Notes: generated from the sequence alone by a model not told the origin. A stretch of 59,569 bases of DNA, filler included, from Dugesia japonica (GCA_001938525.1; 6 parts of 6 records of this genome joined end to end with filler, not necessarily neighbours in it); one strand, 5' to 3'. Positions 1 to 12,576 are shown, counted from the first letter of the whole stretch. Numbers and translations are program-made.

Positions 1-2911
1 CCATGGACATGTTCTCATTAAAAATTTCTTGTGAACTTTTTTTAATTTCATTCCTAGTTTTAAATATAAATCTAGTGTTGAACCTAGACATACATAATTT
101 TTCTTGTCAAATTGATTTAGTGTTAATTTAATATTATCTTTTGATAATTTCTTTCCAAATGACTTTTGATAATTACTTAACATATCTTCTGTAATATTTA
201 TTCTTTCTGGACATAATGAGAAATATTTAGTTTTATCATGAATCTCCGGTGGATAATCAAGATCAACTTCATAAATATAATTAATTTCATCTGTAGCTGT
301 TTCATATTCCAAATTGTCACACTCGTCGATTTCTCCTGTGGGTAGAGGTCTCGTCATCTAACTTGCATATAAAGAATTTTCATCAATATATTTTATAAAT
401 CTATCTTCAAAATAATCTTCTGGAATATTTTTTCCTTCACTTAATAATTTTAAGAGCTTTTCTTTTTCTGCTTCATTTATTTTTCTATATGGTTCAGAAG
501 ATTTGTGACTAAATACTTGTCTTTCTCCTAAAACTCCAGAATATCCACCTCTAATTCCTTTTTCAATTAATAAGAATGTATCATAAGTTTCTGGCTTCGC
601 AAATTTCAAATTTACATTCACATTTAACATTCCAGTTTCCCATGAATAACCTGGTGCTGTATATGAATAACATGGATCTAATCTAAGAATATTATTTAAA
701 CATGAATTCCTAAAATTTTCTAAAAAATCTGCAAGGATTAAAACATCAAGTTTCATGTAATGTAACATGTACTCCCACATATTTTCAAAATCTAAATAAT
801 CTATTAAAAATTTATCATGTTCTTCATCAGATATTCCTTTTTGTGTTAATGTATTGAAGAAATCATTTTTGGTTGGTGTTCTGTTGGATTTTAATAGTTG
901 TTCTACTTCTTGTATATTTTTCCCTTTTACATATTCATAGGGAAATAATGCCTTTTTAGGTTTTAAATTGTGAGATCTTAATATTGGATAATTATTAGAT
1001 TGTGTTAGTAATATACCCATTGTTTCTACTGGTGTGAAAGGTAATAGTCTGGCTGAATCTAGAAATCTAATATTTTCATATTGAAATGTAATATAATTAT
1101 CGCTTGAATGTGGTATTATTCTTTTTACTTTTCCTGGAAATTTTGTTAATAATTCCCTAAAAAATAAATGATTGTCATAACCTGATGCGTTATGAAAATA
1201 GAATGGGATGAATAATTTTTTAACTGAAAGATCGTTTATGTTACATCGATTACATGAAAACCCTCGAAATTCTCCATTGAAATGATTGTGATCTCTAGCA
1301 TATTTTTTTTTATTTGCTTGGAGCAATATCTACATTTTTTGTTGGGTATAAATGCGCTACGCTGACTTTGGGATAAATCTAAGTGATTACCTCTGGCAAT
1401 CTCTTTTATATCTTCTAATTTTTTATTAATCTCTTCTAAAAAGTTAAAATAATCTTCATAAATATTTTCACCTGAGAATTGATAATATTTGCTTTCTAAT
1501 AAATGTGGATATTCACTGTGAAGATAAACACCTAATGACAAAGCTTTTTGTTTTTTAGTTTTTATATTTGTGTAGGCTTCAAAATCTCCTACAAGCATAA
1601 ATGGAATTTTATTTATCTGATAATGCTTATTAAAATAATAATAATAATTATGTTCAAATATAATATTATTTGGTTTATGATGAATGCACAATTCTTGATG
1701 TTTAATTAATATCGCTTCGCTCGAGTAACAATTCATGCATCTGATACAGGGATAATTTCTATTTCAATTCTTTGCGAAAAATACACATAGGTCTCTACAC
1801 AAAATATAATGTTCTTTATAAACTAAAAGATTACATTTAATTTCTTCTGGTGATGGTTTTGTTGAGTAATGAGAAATGTATAATGGTTCAAGTTGTTCAG
1901 AAGCATTTACTGAAAATACATTTATTTATAAATTATTTAATTTCTCGAATTTGCTTATGTCATCAATGTTCATGGGAAATGTAAAATCTGAATATTTTAA
2001 TTCTGATAAATATGGAATATAATTACTTACACGTGTTGGATGATCAACTACATGTTTATGTGCTAATATTGAATAAAGAAAATATTTATCGTCTTCATTT
2101 TCTATGTTGATTACACCCCGTTTTTTAAATGGTAATTTGCAATATGAACCATTAGCTAATGCATCGTATAAAGAAAGATCCATTTTATAATCAACAATAT
2201 ACATCATTGACCATCCTGAACCTTCACGATCTTTATCTTCAATATATCTTTGTAACTCATCAAATATTTCATGAACACTATTTGATATTTCACTTTCCAT
2301 TGTAAATCTTTTTTCTTTTGTATATGAATATAAAATTTTCTCAACATCCATATTATTTATTTGTTTTGTATATTTACAATTTACTAACATGCTTATAACA
2401 ATCTTTTTTCCATAATTAAAATACTTTGTAACAATATCTCTAACTTCATTTTCAAATGAATAAATGTTTCTAATTGGCATGTCATATGTTTCCTCAACAT
2501 TTTTCTTCATTACCACAGCGCTATCTAAGTAATATTAAATATCATAATCTTTATACATTCTTAATAAATCTCTAATTTCTGTATTATAATTAATTGCTTC
2601 TTCCTCTGGTAATTCTTCAAATAAAACTTTTTTTCTTTTTTTTTATGAATGTCGGAATTGAAATGTGCTTTTGCTAAATTTTGTTTTTTAAATGTTTTAT
2701 TACAAATTTCACATTTCAATGGAACGATTTCTGAATTTCCACAAAGTGTTGAATTTAAATGTTCACGTAAACCATTTTAACTTCTAAATTTTTCATTACA
2801 TTTTTGACATTGAAATGATATTGCTTCATTTCTAAAACAAGTTCTAGATGCAAGATGTCCTTTTAAACCAGCTAAGTTTTTAAATACTTTATTACAATTA
2901 TTACACTGCAT
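1..2911 (-). pseudogene. Protein-primed family B DNA polymerase (Polinton type) with N-terminal zinc fingers and an endonuclease VII-like domain; frameshifted
   Basis: ORFs 1926-2516 (EGSGW, VINIENEDDKYFLYSILA), 1236-1736 (GDFEAY, Exo I) and 358-1326 (RDHNHFNGEFRGFSCNRCN; FHNASGYDNH, Exo II; YMKLDVLIL, Exo III; GIRGG; YIDENSLY, Pol A). ATG at 2911 opens MQCNNCNKVF..H, CQKCNEKF..H, CEICNKTF..H with one in-frame stop. Confidence 0.9.
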
Positions 2912-3019
2912 TTTCCGTAGGCAAGCGAAGCGATTTTCTATAGAATTAATTTAATCATACCTACTAAAAAGGGGGTAAGTCTCCTCTTAAATATTTCTCT
3001 CCTCTTTTTTTTATTTTAT

Positions 3020-3505
3020 AATATTTTTTATCCAATATTTTTTATCCAATATTTTTATCCAATACTTTTTATCCAACATTTTTTATTTAACATTTTTATT
3101 TAACATTTTTTATTTAACATTTTTTATCCAATATTTTTCATCTGATATTTTTTTTATCCAATACTTTTTATTTAACATTTTTTATTTAACATTTTTATCC
3201 AACATTTTTATCCAACATTTTTTATCCAATATTTTTTATTTAATATTTTTCATCGGATATTTTTTTTATCCAACATTTTTGTTTAACATTTTTTATTTAA
3301 CATTTTTTATTTAATATTTTTTATTTAACATTTTTATCTAACATTTTTATTTAACATTTTTATTTAACATTTTTATTTAACATTTTTATTTAACATTTTT
3401 TATTTAACATTTTTTATTTAACATTTTTATTTAACATTTTCATTTAACATTTTTTATTAAACATTTTTATCCAATATTTTTATTTAACATTTTTTTATTT
3501 TAATA
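3020..3505. repeat. Tandem array of a 14-15 bp unit (TTTTTATTTAACAT / TTTTTATCCAATAT)
   Basis: Directly visible, roughly 30 copies, upstream of polB; consistent with a Polinton subterminal repeat. Confidence 0.9.
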
Positions 3506-4639
3506 TACCCCCTTGGTTTTAAAAAGTACTTTACCGTACTGTGGAGGGGTAGGGGTTGACCTGCATGGCTTTTAAACGTACTTATACCCTTACTTATATC
3601 ATTCATTCACAAGGTTCATACGTGCCAAATCAATATATAATTTTGAGAAATAATAGATAGATACTAGCACACTGAAACACTTCTCCCAAACTGTTTTCTA
3701 ATTTTGGTGTTTTGACTGTTTTAGAAATGTAGAATTTTGATTTCAAGTTACGAATACGTAAAACACATTTTCGAATTTGGATTGGAATGGTCAATTTTTT
3801 GCTCAGGAAGTTTAAATGTCAACATGTTTATAGTATTTTTGTCAATTTTTATTCTAGTTTCAAATTTGGTATCAATTGTATTAGAATTAGGGTACTAGCA
3901 TACTGGAACACTTTGAATTGTTTTATAAATTGCTCGGTCAAAACTTATCTTATGGCTCTGACAATGATAGCATTCTATTTAAAATAGCATTCAGTACATA
4001 TATTGTATAGGGTTTGGTCTATGAAAATGCTTGTTTCGCAAGATAGAAAATAACAGGAATTTCCCATTTCGGATAACATAAGTTATTTACTCTGGAGATG
4101 CTTATAATAGTCAAACAAATTGGGTTATGTTGAACTCAAAATAAATAACTGAATAGGGTTTGCTGTATAAAAATGCTTCATTCATGAAATAATGTATAAT
4201 TATATAATTAATTATAAATTATAATTATATAATTTTTAAATTTTTGAGACTATATGGTTTGTTGAACAAATATGCATGGTTCTCGAAATAATAAATAATT
4301 ATTTATTATATTTATAATAATAATTAAGTCTAAATATTATTCTTACACCATTAAAATCAGAATAAAATATTATCTATACATTACTTATACATATAGTGAA
4401 AATTAAAGACTTTATTGATAGTAAAGACCATCAAATACATAGTTCTAATGGACTTAAAATTGCATTTACCAACACAGACGAGTATAGGTAGATAAAAGTA
4501 TGAGTTTACCATACTGACATTGTAAAATACAACCATGTAATAAAAAAGACTCAGATTCAATCTCCACAGTGTAAAAGTAATAACTTGTTATTTGTTAATT
4601 AATTTAAATTAATTTTATTGTTCAATTTTATCAAACAAT

Positions 4640-5660
4640 CTCCAGAGTTCGTCAGATTTTTATTGAATAAATTTAGTTTTAAAATCATCTTTTTATTGTG
4701 TTATATACTCGTGTTTTTATTATTTTTTAATGTTCCTCGTAATATTTAAAGTTTGATTTTTCTAAATACTTTTTTGTATATATGGTATTTAGGTTTGTTG
4801 ATTTTTATCCATGTTATTCGTAATGAGCGAAATAGTATCCATCAAATTATATTAATATTTCGATACTTACTTTTTGAATTACTTTTGATATTTTCTAAAA
4901 TAATTACCAAATCAGGGAAGACAGCTGTATATCTTTGGTAGGAAGCATTTCTACCGAGATGATATTTTAACTTTGTATAGTCACTTTTTTTATGCGAGTT
5001 AAATGATACCATGGTTAAAACCATACGAGTTATCTGATCGCAGAGATTTAAACGCTAAATTTTGAAATTTGAGAATTTCTCAAGACAAAAACTCATTTAT
5101 TTCATAGAGGATTAACTATGGCGATTTAAATTTAACATATTTTGAATTAGCGAAAATATCGAAAAAAACACTCTTTGTTGACCAATTTTGAAAAGGAAGA
5201 ATTTTTTAGTAAAATTCTTTGTAAAATACTGGCAAAACCGAAAATGATCGCCGTAAAAGTTTGAATCGATTGATTATTATTATCTATATGTTGAAAAATT
5301 GAAAAAGATTTTTTCAAAAATGTGTGATGTTCACCTGGATTCCCGTAAAAATTTATTTAAAAATTTTTAAATTTTCATATTTTTAAAACCTGGGTTGTTA
5401 ACTTAAAATCATTCCCAACTAAAAAGCCTCCAAAATATTACCGCTTAAAAAGATTAAAAAAATTTTCCCAACTTAAAAGCTTGAAAAATTTAAATATCAG
5501 TTAATACTTTGAAAATCAAATTTCAGCGATTAAATTTAATCTAATGGTGTAATTTGTGTGCAAAATCTTTTCGCAACTAAATACGCATTGAAAATTTAAA
5601 ATTAGTTAAGTAATATTACCTAATATGATGTCATTTTTAAATTCCAACTAAAAACGTTAT
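4640..5660 (+). repeat. Dispersed non-coding repeat, inverted homolog of about 33040-34090
   Basis: For example, 4915-4990 gggaagacagctgtatatctttggtaggaagcatttctaccgagatgatattttaactttgtatagtcac matches the reverse complement of 33747-33820. Confidence 0.75.
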
Positions 5661-6157
5661 GATTAAGTTTTATGACATCCATAATCTTGGGTGGTACTGA
5701 ACGTGTGGTGTTCCAATTTGCAGTAACCATCTACTAAGCTGCATGTAAATTATAGTTATCTGTGTAAATTGTAACCATGTGTGTAGGAGATATGGTAAGT
5801 TATGTGTTGTCAGCTATGAGTTAATTATTAAATTTCCATTTATTTCAGTAAAGCTAATTAAAGTTAATTAATTTCACTAAAGTTCATTGAGTATAATAAG
5901 TTTAATAGATTTATAGTATTGTTGGGATCACCTGAGTTGATGGTGAAAAGAAATGATCGCCTGACAAAGACGCCCCTCAGGGGTATCCCTTCAAGAAGTT
6001 AAATCTAACGTCCCTTTATTAGATATTCAGTGCAAAGCGGTTGACCTCCAACGCTTATATGAGGTACACACTCGTAAACCTTTAATTCGGGCTCCTTATT
6101 TTCTTTTATGACATTATAATCAAAATTAATTAACAAGTAGTTATATTTTATATTATA

Positions 6158-6519
6158 TTACAGGGGATCCATAGCACCCGGGTCTAACCACTAGGTTGGA
6201 TCGTCATCTAAAAAGTTGCAAACAGCTTCATCGTCATTGTCATCCCACAGTTACCATGCAGCATTGCCTAGCTGGCAAGATAGGTCAGCGATGCATCTTT
6301 TCAAAAATTTGATTTTGTTTTGTAGGAGCTGTTTTGTTTGTTCCGCAAGGTCCCCCTGCTTCTTTACAATGACATCTAACTTCTTAATCAACCTATTTCG
6401 TTGAGAAAAGTGTTTCAGCAAGGTGAGTTTGGTCTGTTGTTTGTAGTGCCGTTCTAAAAGGAGTCTCCGGATTATTCTATGGCAACGCCTTAGACTGTTG
6501 GGAAATATAATTCGTGACA
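6158..6519 (-). pseudogene. LTR cassette ORF4, copy 1: predicted coiled-coil protein with Trp/acidic tail; starts at acceptor AG|TG
   Basis: SRIIFPNSLRRCHRIIRRLLLERH...QLGNAAW*LWDDNDDEAVCNFLDDDPT*WLDPGAMDPL*; aligns with 15635-16017; two in-frame stops. Confidence 0.8.
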
Positions 6520-6641
6520 CTAAATGAAATAAGTTATAGTTAATTATGTATGTTACCACTATGAATTGTTAATTAAATAATTAAAGAGGAAATCAGTAGA
6601 GAGAAAAAACATTTATTGGTAATTTACAAGATTAGTAAGCA

Positions 6642-6985
6642 TTAAGATCGCACCGTTTGGGTACCCTTGTCTACCATCAATGGTTTGAGTGGCATCGCCG
6701 TTTTTAACTTTAAAATGTTAATGGCCAGTTTATTCTCTCGGTCTTGGTAGGACCGGGTGATTTCGACGAAAGACTCTACTTGAGCCTTCCATATTCTTTC
6801 CTGGTCATGTGAAGCCTCAGCCTTCTTTCTAAACGCAACACATTTTGACTTCTACCGTTTTACTTTGGCTTCCGCTGAAGCAGTATCAGCCTCTCAACGT
6901 CGCTTTGCTAGCCAAAAAGGTACTATGTTATTTCTGTATCATCGCTTGACTCTCTAAATTTTTTAGTGGAGCTACGAAGAATGCA
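6642..6985 (-). pseudogene. LTR cassette ORF3, copy 1: predicted coiled-coil protein ending in VDKGTQT; starts at acceptor AG|TG
   Basis: LAKRR*EADTASAEAKVKR*KSKCVAFRKKAEASHDQERIWKAQVESFVEITRSYQDRENKL...LMVDKGTQTVRS*; aligns with 15169-15527; AATAAA at 6617-6612. Confidence 0.8.
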
Positions 6986-7252
6986 CTAAAAAAATGTAAA
7001 TTTTACGTTCAACAACAATAAAATAGTTTTAAGACTGATTAATTATTAATTATTACGAGGCCACGTAATATACTTTGTTAATTTTACGGCAAATAAAACA
7101 CTATGATATACAGGAATTCATTTGCTATATTTTACTTTTTTATACATAAATTCACATAAATAGAAGTCTATACTGGAGTTTCGTTGATAGGACAGTGGTC
7201 GACATTCTTATCGTTGCCACTACTGGAGGCATTGCGAACACTCCATAAGGTA

Positions 7253-7588
7253 TCATTTATCAACCAACCTATCCCTACTGAAGTCATGACTGGCATTAAG
7301 GTGGCGGGTGTTCTCTATCCACATTCGTTCGTAAACGGGCAATCTGTTTATGTAATAGGTAGACACCATTCTTGCTGAAAGAGTGATACGACTGCGATTG
7401 GGGCCAGTCCACTGGTAATACGTCTGACGATCAGTGGCGTCCATCATTCCTTCTTCATAGGCAGCACTGTCGGGTAGATTTGACCTCGATATCATTACTC
7501 CGACATTCCGGTTATAAGGATTCTAATATTTCTTAAATATCATACTACCGGTAATACGATCTTGTATCAGCTCCCATTTATAATCCAT
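7253..7588 (-). pseudogene. LTR cassette ORF2, copy 1
   Basis: Acceptor atag|aaATG; MDYKWELIQDRITGSMIFKKY*NPYNRNVGVMISRSNLP...RQTYYQWTGP; aligns with 14575-14922. Confidence 0.75.
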
Positions 7589-7703
7589 TTCTATTATGGA
7601 AAATTAATTTATGATGCAAATTATACTAATGGGTGTGAATTTGTTACATAAAACAAATAAGAATAGATAACTTCTGAAAAGAAAAATAAGTTTTATTTTT
7701 AAC

Positions 7704-7904
7704 TCAATTACGACTAATATATCCAATATCGTCAATATCCACCTTTAAAAGAAGGGGGAACATCTCGAGGAAACACTGGAAATCAGTTTCGCCGGGATGC
7801 TCGATCTCACCGTGTGACAAAATGTGGGTCAGTAATTGCCTTAATCGAGCAGTCTTACGTTGCTTTCGGATTAGTCGAAGTGTGTTTCGCAATACTGCTG
7901 GCAT
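7704..7904 (-). CDS. LTR cassette ORF1, copy 1 (basic N-terminus, unknown function)
   Basis: Acceptor tgtag|ataATG; MPAVLRNTLRLIRKQRKTARLRQLLTHILSHGEIEHPGETDFQCF aligns with 14223-14465. Confidence 0.7.
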   Translation of the reverse strand: MPAVLRNTLRLIRKQRKTARLRQLLTHILSHGEIEHPGETDFQCFLEMFPLLLKVDIDDIGYISRN

Positions 7905-8714
7905 TATCTACAATCATATATTGGACAATAAAATCGTGTTATTCACATGGTTATTAAAATTTAAATTGAGTTCGAGTTACGATGGGTCCTTAATATAAGT
8001 ATGTTTCAAAAATATTAAATGTCTTTGTAATTAATAAACAACCGATCTGGTGTTCATCAGCGTAATAATAAAGATGATATAGATGATTTATTATATGGGA
8101 AATCGCAGTGGTAGTGACATTTCTCTACACCAGGATAATAATAATTAGAATAATATTAATAACAATTATACTAACAATAAGGGCCATAATTCTTAAAATT
8201 ATAATAATATTACTATTAACAATGAAACAGTAATCATATTAATCAATAACGACAAAATTGTCAGGTTTAATAACAATAGGTATAATAATAATTTCGTATG
8301 CAAGCATCTGCAAGTAATAATAAAATTAACATCGTCTTGAGACAGAAATTAACAGAATAAAGTTTTAATATATTAATTTTATTTTTTATTGTATTAAACT
8401 TGTGAATTATACAATGACAACACAGTAACATACTCTTACTTATAATGTATGATTAACTGCAACGGGGAATATAACAGCACGGAATTAATTTGAATTATTT
8501 CTCCTGGTAGTTTAACAATGGATAATCGATTCGTTTAAAGTTTCAACTGTCAATTGAACCAATTATGCACTAATAATTCAACCACTTAAAGTTTTCTGAT
8601 TATTTCTCCACTAGTTGTCTTGATAAAATCACTCTGCTGATCTACCAATTAATAACTGAGTTAACCAGATTAAAATTTTGTTTTTTGAAGTTATTTTGTC
8701 TAAAAATTTAGGGG

Positions 8715-8911
8715 TTTAAATAGCATTTCTGCTTGCACCTCCATTTGTTCGGCATTGGCCGGCTATTTTTAATTCAACTTTCTAGTTTTGTATTGGTTCT
8801 CGTGCCAAGTTTTAGATTTTTTTGTAGAGTTTTGGAACTTCTATTGGTGGTTATTTTTAAGTTATCATGTGATGTTCTGTTTTTTGTTTTATTTTTTCGG
8901 CCCCTTATTGG
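8715..8911 (-). promoter_or_regulatory. LTR U3-like promoter, copy 1: four CCAAT boxes and TATA
   Basis: ATTGG at 8907, 8843, 8792 and 8754; TATTTAAA at 8722-8715; spacing 64/51/38/36. Confidence 0.7.
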
Positions 8912-9739
8912 CCAGTTTTTCAGTTGCTTATAGGGGTCTTTCTGATGGTGATATGATTTTCTCAGTACATAATCTTGTTGCCTCAGGTCTTTCTCCTTAC
9001 AGATTTTTTTTCTACGAGTCTCTGTGATTATTATAGGTGGAGATATTCGCCCAAAACTGATTTTTTCTTACTTTTCCAACTTTTATTTTTAAAATTAATT
9101 AATATTTTTCCACTAATTAAGTATTTTCGGTAATACTTTTCTTGTATTTTTATTAATTATTTCATAATTTTTTTTAATTATTGTAATTATTGTGGGTCAG
9201 ATTTGTTCACCCAAGATCTTCATATTTATCCTCTTGGTATTTTGATATTTTGTTAATGGTATTTCTTATAATTTAACCATAGTGGTTATTTTTATTATCT
9301 TTCTTGTAGCTTTTATATATATGTAATAACTTTTCCATCGTAACTATTTTGTTTTGGCCCCCTTTCCTCATTTATTCTTCGATTCTTGCCCCTAGCTTTG
9401 CTTTTCTTTTTAGACTGAGTTGTACTTATACGGTAGACCAATGGTTATAGTAAAAACTTTGGCAACCAATGAATTAATGGGAACTATAAGTCAATAAATA
9501 CACGAATCTAATGGATATAGTATTAGTATACTATACTAATTATATATACTATACTAATATATATAATATATACTATTCATTTAATATAAAAGCTTTGATC
9601 AAATTTAGGTTTTAATTGTTGACATTGGATAACAAATCGATATTTAGACCTTGTCTTCGTCAGGAATTTACTTGAAAAGTAATAAAATAAATAATAATAA
9701 ATAATAAATAATAAAGTAAAAACTAAATAAATAAATGTA

Positions 9740-10525
9740 ATTCGTAAATACAGAGATACAGTTTGCAGAAGTCCAGAACAAAGAAACTTCAACATGAATG
9801 GTATTGAAGGAATGCAACAGAACAGAAACAATAAAAGACTAGAAATAACATGCTGAAATTGTAACAAAATAGGTCATGTAATCAGAAGTTGCCAAGTAAG
9901 GAAAAAAGTGCTATGCTTGTGGATCTGAACACATTTCAGAATAGACTTATCAAAGTAAGTCTAGTTAAGATGCAACAAGAAAGCCTATTACGCAAAGGAC
10001 TGCTAAAAAATATGAAGAGGCAGTGAAGTTATCAGAATAAAAGTGAACATGCCTAGTTTACGCCTTGTTTTCAACCGTTATACTTGGTCTACTTTGCATC
10101 TTGTCATAGCTTATCTCTTGTCGCTTAACCTCTTCTATCGTCAGACTTTCACAGTCATCTTCTTCGTTTATATCTTTGATAATCTCCGATTGGCCTATAA
10201 TCAATTCTTTCTTTAGGAATTTGTAAACGTTTTCCTTTACATCATTGTACTCCTCTAATTGTTTATCTTCGTTTCTTTTTTTTCTATAATTATTTATACT
10301 ACTTTTACTATAATTAACAAAACTGCAATGTTTTGAGATACATAATTCAACGATCCGACAATCTAGACTTCAGTCGGAACTTGGCGATTTTGGTATTCAT
10401 CTTGATAATGATTTAATCCGTCATTTCAATAGTGACTTTTGTCTTCTCTACATCCACAATTGTTCTCATTTTTCTCAATTGAATTAATGTGACTTCCATT
10501 TCTCTTTGTGTAATTATTCATATTA
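9740..10525. mobile_element. Gypsy gag-pro fragment with internal inversion (same family as 44130-45960)
   Basis: 9740-10055 on plus encodes degraded CCHC knuckles (ITC*NCNKIGHVIRSC). 10056-10525 is the downstream gag-end/pre-protease region on minus, matching 44690-45145. Confidence 0.75.
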
Positions 10526-10670
10526 TTTGTCTGAAATTGTACATTAGTCGATAAAAAGTATCTGAAATTTCATAGTAGTCAATAAATATTTTATGAAATT
10601 GCACAGAAGTCACAAAATATTTTCTGAAATTTTATAGAAGTATTAAAACATTTTATGAAATTTACATGAA
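10525..10670. repeat. Short tandem repeat, about 31 bp unit (ctgaaatttcatagtagtcaataaatattt-like)
   Basis: About five degenerate copies visible. Confidence 0.6.
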
Positions 10671-11728
10671 GTATGCAAGATGAATGAATATTTTGTTGTA
10701 ATACATACACAGTTTGTGTTCAGTATGAGTGTGAGAATAGTGTAATATGAATGCCACTCACTCGACATTCTAATATTACTCAAGGAAATGAAAATTATTG
10801 ATTCTAACCCTGACAAGTTTCACGACCAATTAATAATTTGATGTTTTTACTTGGTAATAATTGGTTTCAATTGTTAAAATTATAGGGGAACATATCTAAA
10901 CATACACAATACTCATTACCATAAAGTCTTAACATGTACAATGCTCACTAACAACAGCTCTTAATATACAGAATACTCGTTATCATCAATTACCTATTGA
11001 TTATTCAGTTGATGGTTTAATCTGTTCATCGCTTATTTCAAATAGTCAACCCTATATTTCATACTAAATATATACTTTGCAACCAATAACCGGTTTTTTT
11101 CACATATTTCCAACTTAATAAAGACATTTTCTTTGCCAATAGATCTTCTTATGTGGTTTATTAACCAATTAATCATCAACTTGTAATATAAATTTATTCT
11201 TTCATTCATTAAAATTCTAACTAATTTTTTATGAACCTGATATTTACCTTTGAAAATAATTAATTAATTAAATTTTCAAAGAAATTCTTATTCAATCAAT
11301 TAAAATTTGGAATCAATATTTACAAAATATACAATATTATATACAAATAATATATACAAAAAATAAAAATATCATAAATTATTGCAGGTATTTTTCTGAT
11401 AATTATTTGAAAATTATTAAATCCATCATACTTATTTTAATCAATCAATCAATATTATTTGCAATATTTTCAATAAATAGTTACAAATTATTTCAAAGTT
11501 TTCAAAACCTAATAAATTTGCTATTATAATTTTAATTTAAGCATATATATATACATGGAATCCAATTTATTTTCCAAATTACATTTTAAAATTTATTCAA
11601 AACAATTCATTTTACCAACAAAAGTATAGTTTTAATTAAATTTCACATTGAAAATTAATCAATTCATCATACTTAATTTATTCANNNNNNNNNNNNNNNN
11701 NNNNNNNNNNNNNNNNNNNNNNNNNNNN

Positions 11729-11740
11729 TTAATTAATTAA
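11729..11740. other. Artificial six-frame-stop contig linker TTAATTAATTAA inside N runs (also 21864, 32335, 41497, 50884; partial at 28797)
   Basis: An identical 12-mer flanked by N runs on both sides at five sites. Confidence 0.9.
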
Positions 11741-11784
11741 NNNNNNNNNNNNNNNNNNNNNNNNNNNNNNNNNNNNNNNNNNNN

Positions 11785-11850
<66 letters not shown>
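11785..11850. repeat. (AAT)n microsatellite (others at 16291-16358, 21758-21819, 41398-41452)
   Basis: Directly visible. Confidence 0.95.
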
Positions 11851-12271
11851 TTTATGAATAATAATACTGTTGGGGTGAAACACCCAATGTTGGAAGAGAA
11901 TTGAGACCAAAGGCTCAAAATATAAACTAATAAAGATGGGTGGATCAAAAAGGAAGTTCATTATGAACAAATGGTGGTAGAAAAAGTACAATAATTTTTC
12001 GGGGCAACAAGTGATCGAAATAACGAGTAACATATACCGAAAACGAAGAAAAATGAGCAGGAAGATCCTCAATAAACAAATGCAATTCCCATCGAAATAT
12101 TAATTAGGAATTTCATTAAAATAAGATAAGGCTTCGATCAAAACAAAATTTATTTGTAAAAAAGTTCAAATTTTCGACAANNNNNNNNNNNNNNNNNNNN
12201 NNNNNNNNNNNNNNNNNNNNNNNNNNNNNNTAAGATAAGGCTTCGATCAAAACAAAATTTATTTGTAAAAA

Positions 12272-12306
12272 AGTTCAAATTTTCGACAATAGTCTTCTTC
12301 AGATAA
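12272..12306 (-). ncRNA. Degenerate minimal hammerhead ribozyme-like motif (Penelope type) in a small insertion
   Basis: Minus strand CTGAAGA-A-GAC-TATT-GTC-GAAA-ATTT; stem I is poor. The insert is flanked by an imperfect duplication taattaggaa...attaaa (about 12101-12120 and 12307-12326). Confidence 0.4.
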
Positions 12307-12576
12307 TAATTAGGAAAGTTATTAAATTAATATTAATTTACAGGAAAATTTTTATTGGAAAAGAATTAATTATTGAAGAAATATTAATTAATTTGTAACT
12401 AGAAAATAAATTTAAATTAGTCAAAAATCGGTTTTTCCTAAATATCTCGGGATCAGTTAACCATAGAACCAAGGGTTAAGAAAATTTAAAAAGAAAATGA
12501 TCAGACAGAATGAAATTCTGTATGAAGAAAATTGTATCACCATCGAGAAGGTTTTTACAAAGGTTCAAAGATTAGG

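Larger units (their letters stand above)
1..3600 (-). mobile_element. Polinton/Maverick (adintovirus-like) remnant 1: degraded pPolB gene plus subterminal tandem repeats
   Basis: Frameshifted protein-primed PolB fragments on the minus strand, followed by a 14-15 bp tandem array. The element runs off the window start; its right boundary is approximate. Confidence 0.85.
5920..9420 (-). mobile_element. Giant solo-LTR-like element, copy 1 (5'-truncated) with four-ORF cassette
   Basis: 3' end ...CCCAACA at 5920 (minus), followed by ATAC. Colinear homology with 11868-16265 across promoter, leader, four ORFs and the terminal ~200 bp. The 5' terminus was not found. Confidence 0.85.

Noticed and set aside
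3020-3505. CRISPR-like appearance of short repeats (also 26450-26870)
   Set aside because: No unique spacers, no cas genes, eukaryotic context; these are simple tandem repeats.
11729-11740. Recurrent TTAATTAATTAA palindrome between N runs
   Set aside because: Artificial six-frame-stop scaffold linker; adjacency across these points is not reliable biology.
11733-12072. Poly-Leu/Ile/Tyr ORFs (also 16290-16550) and ORFs running through N gaps
   Set aside because: Translations of (AAT)n microsatellites and gaps.
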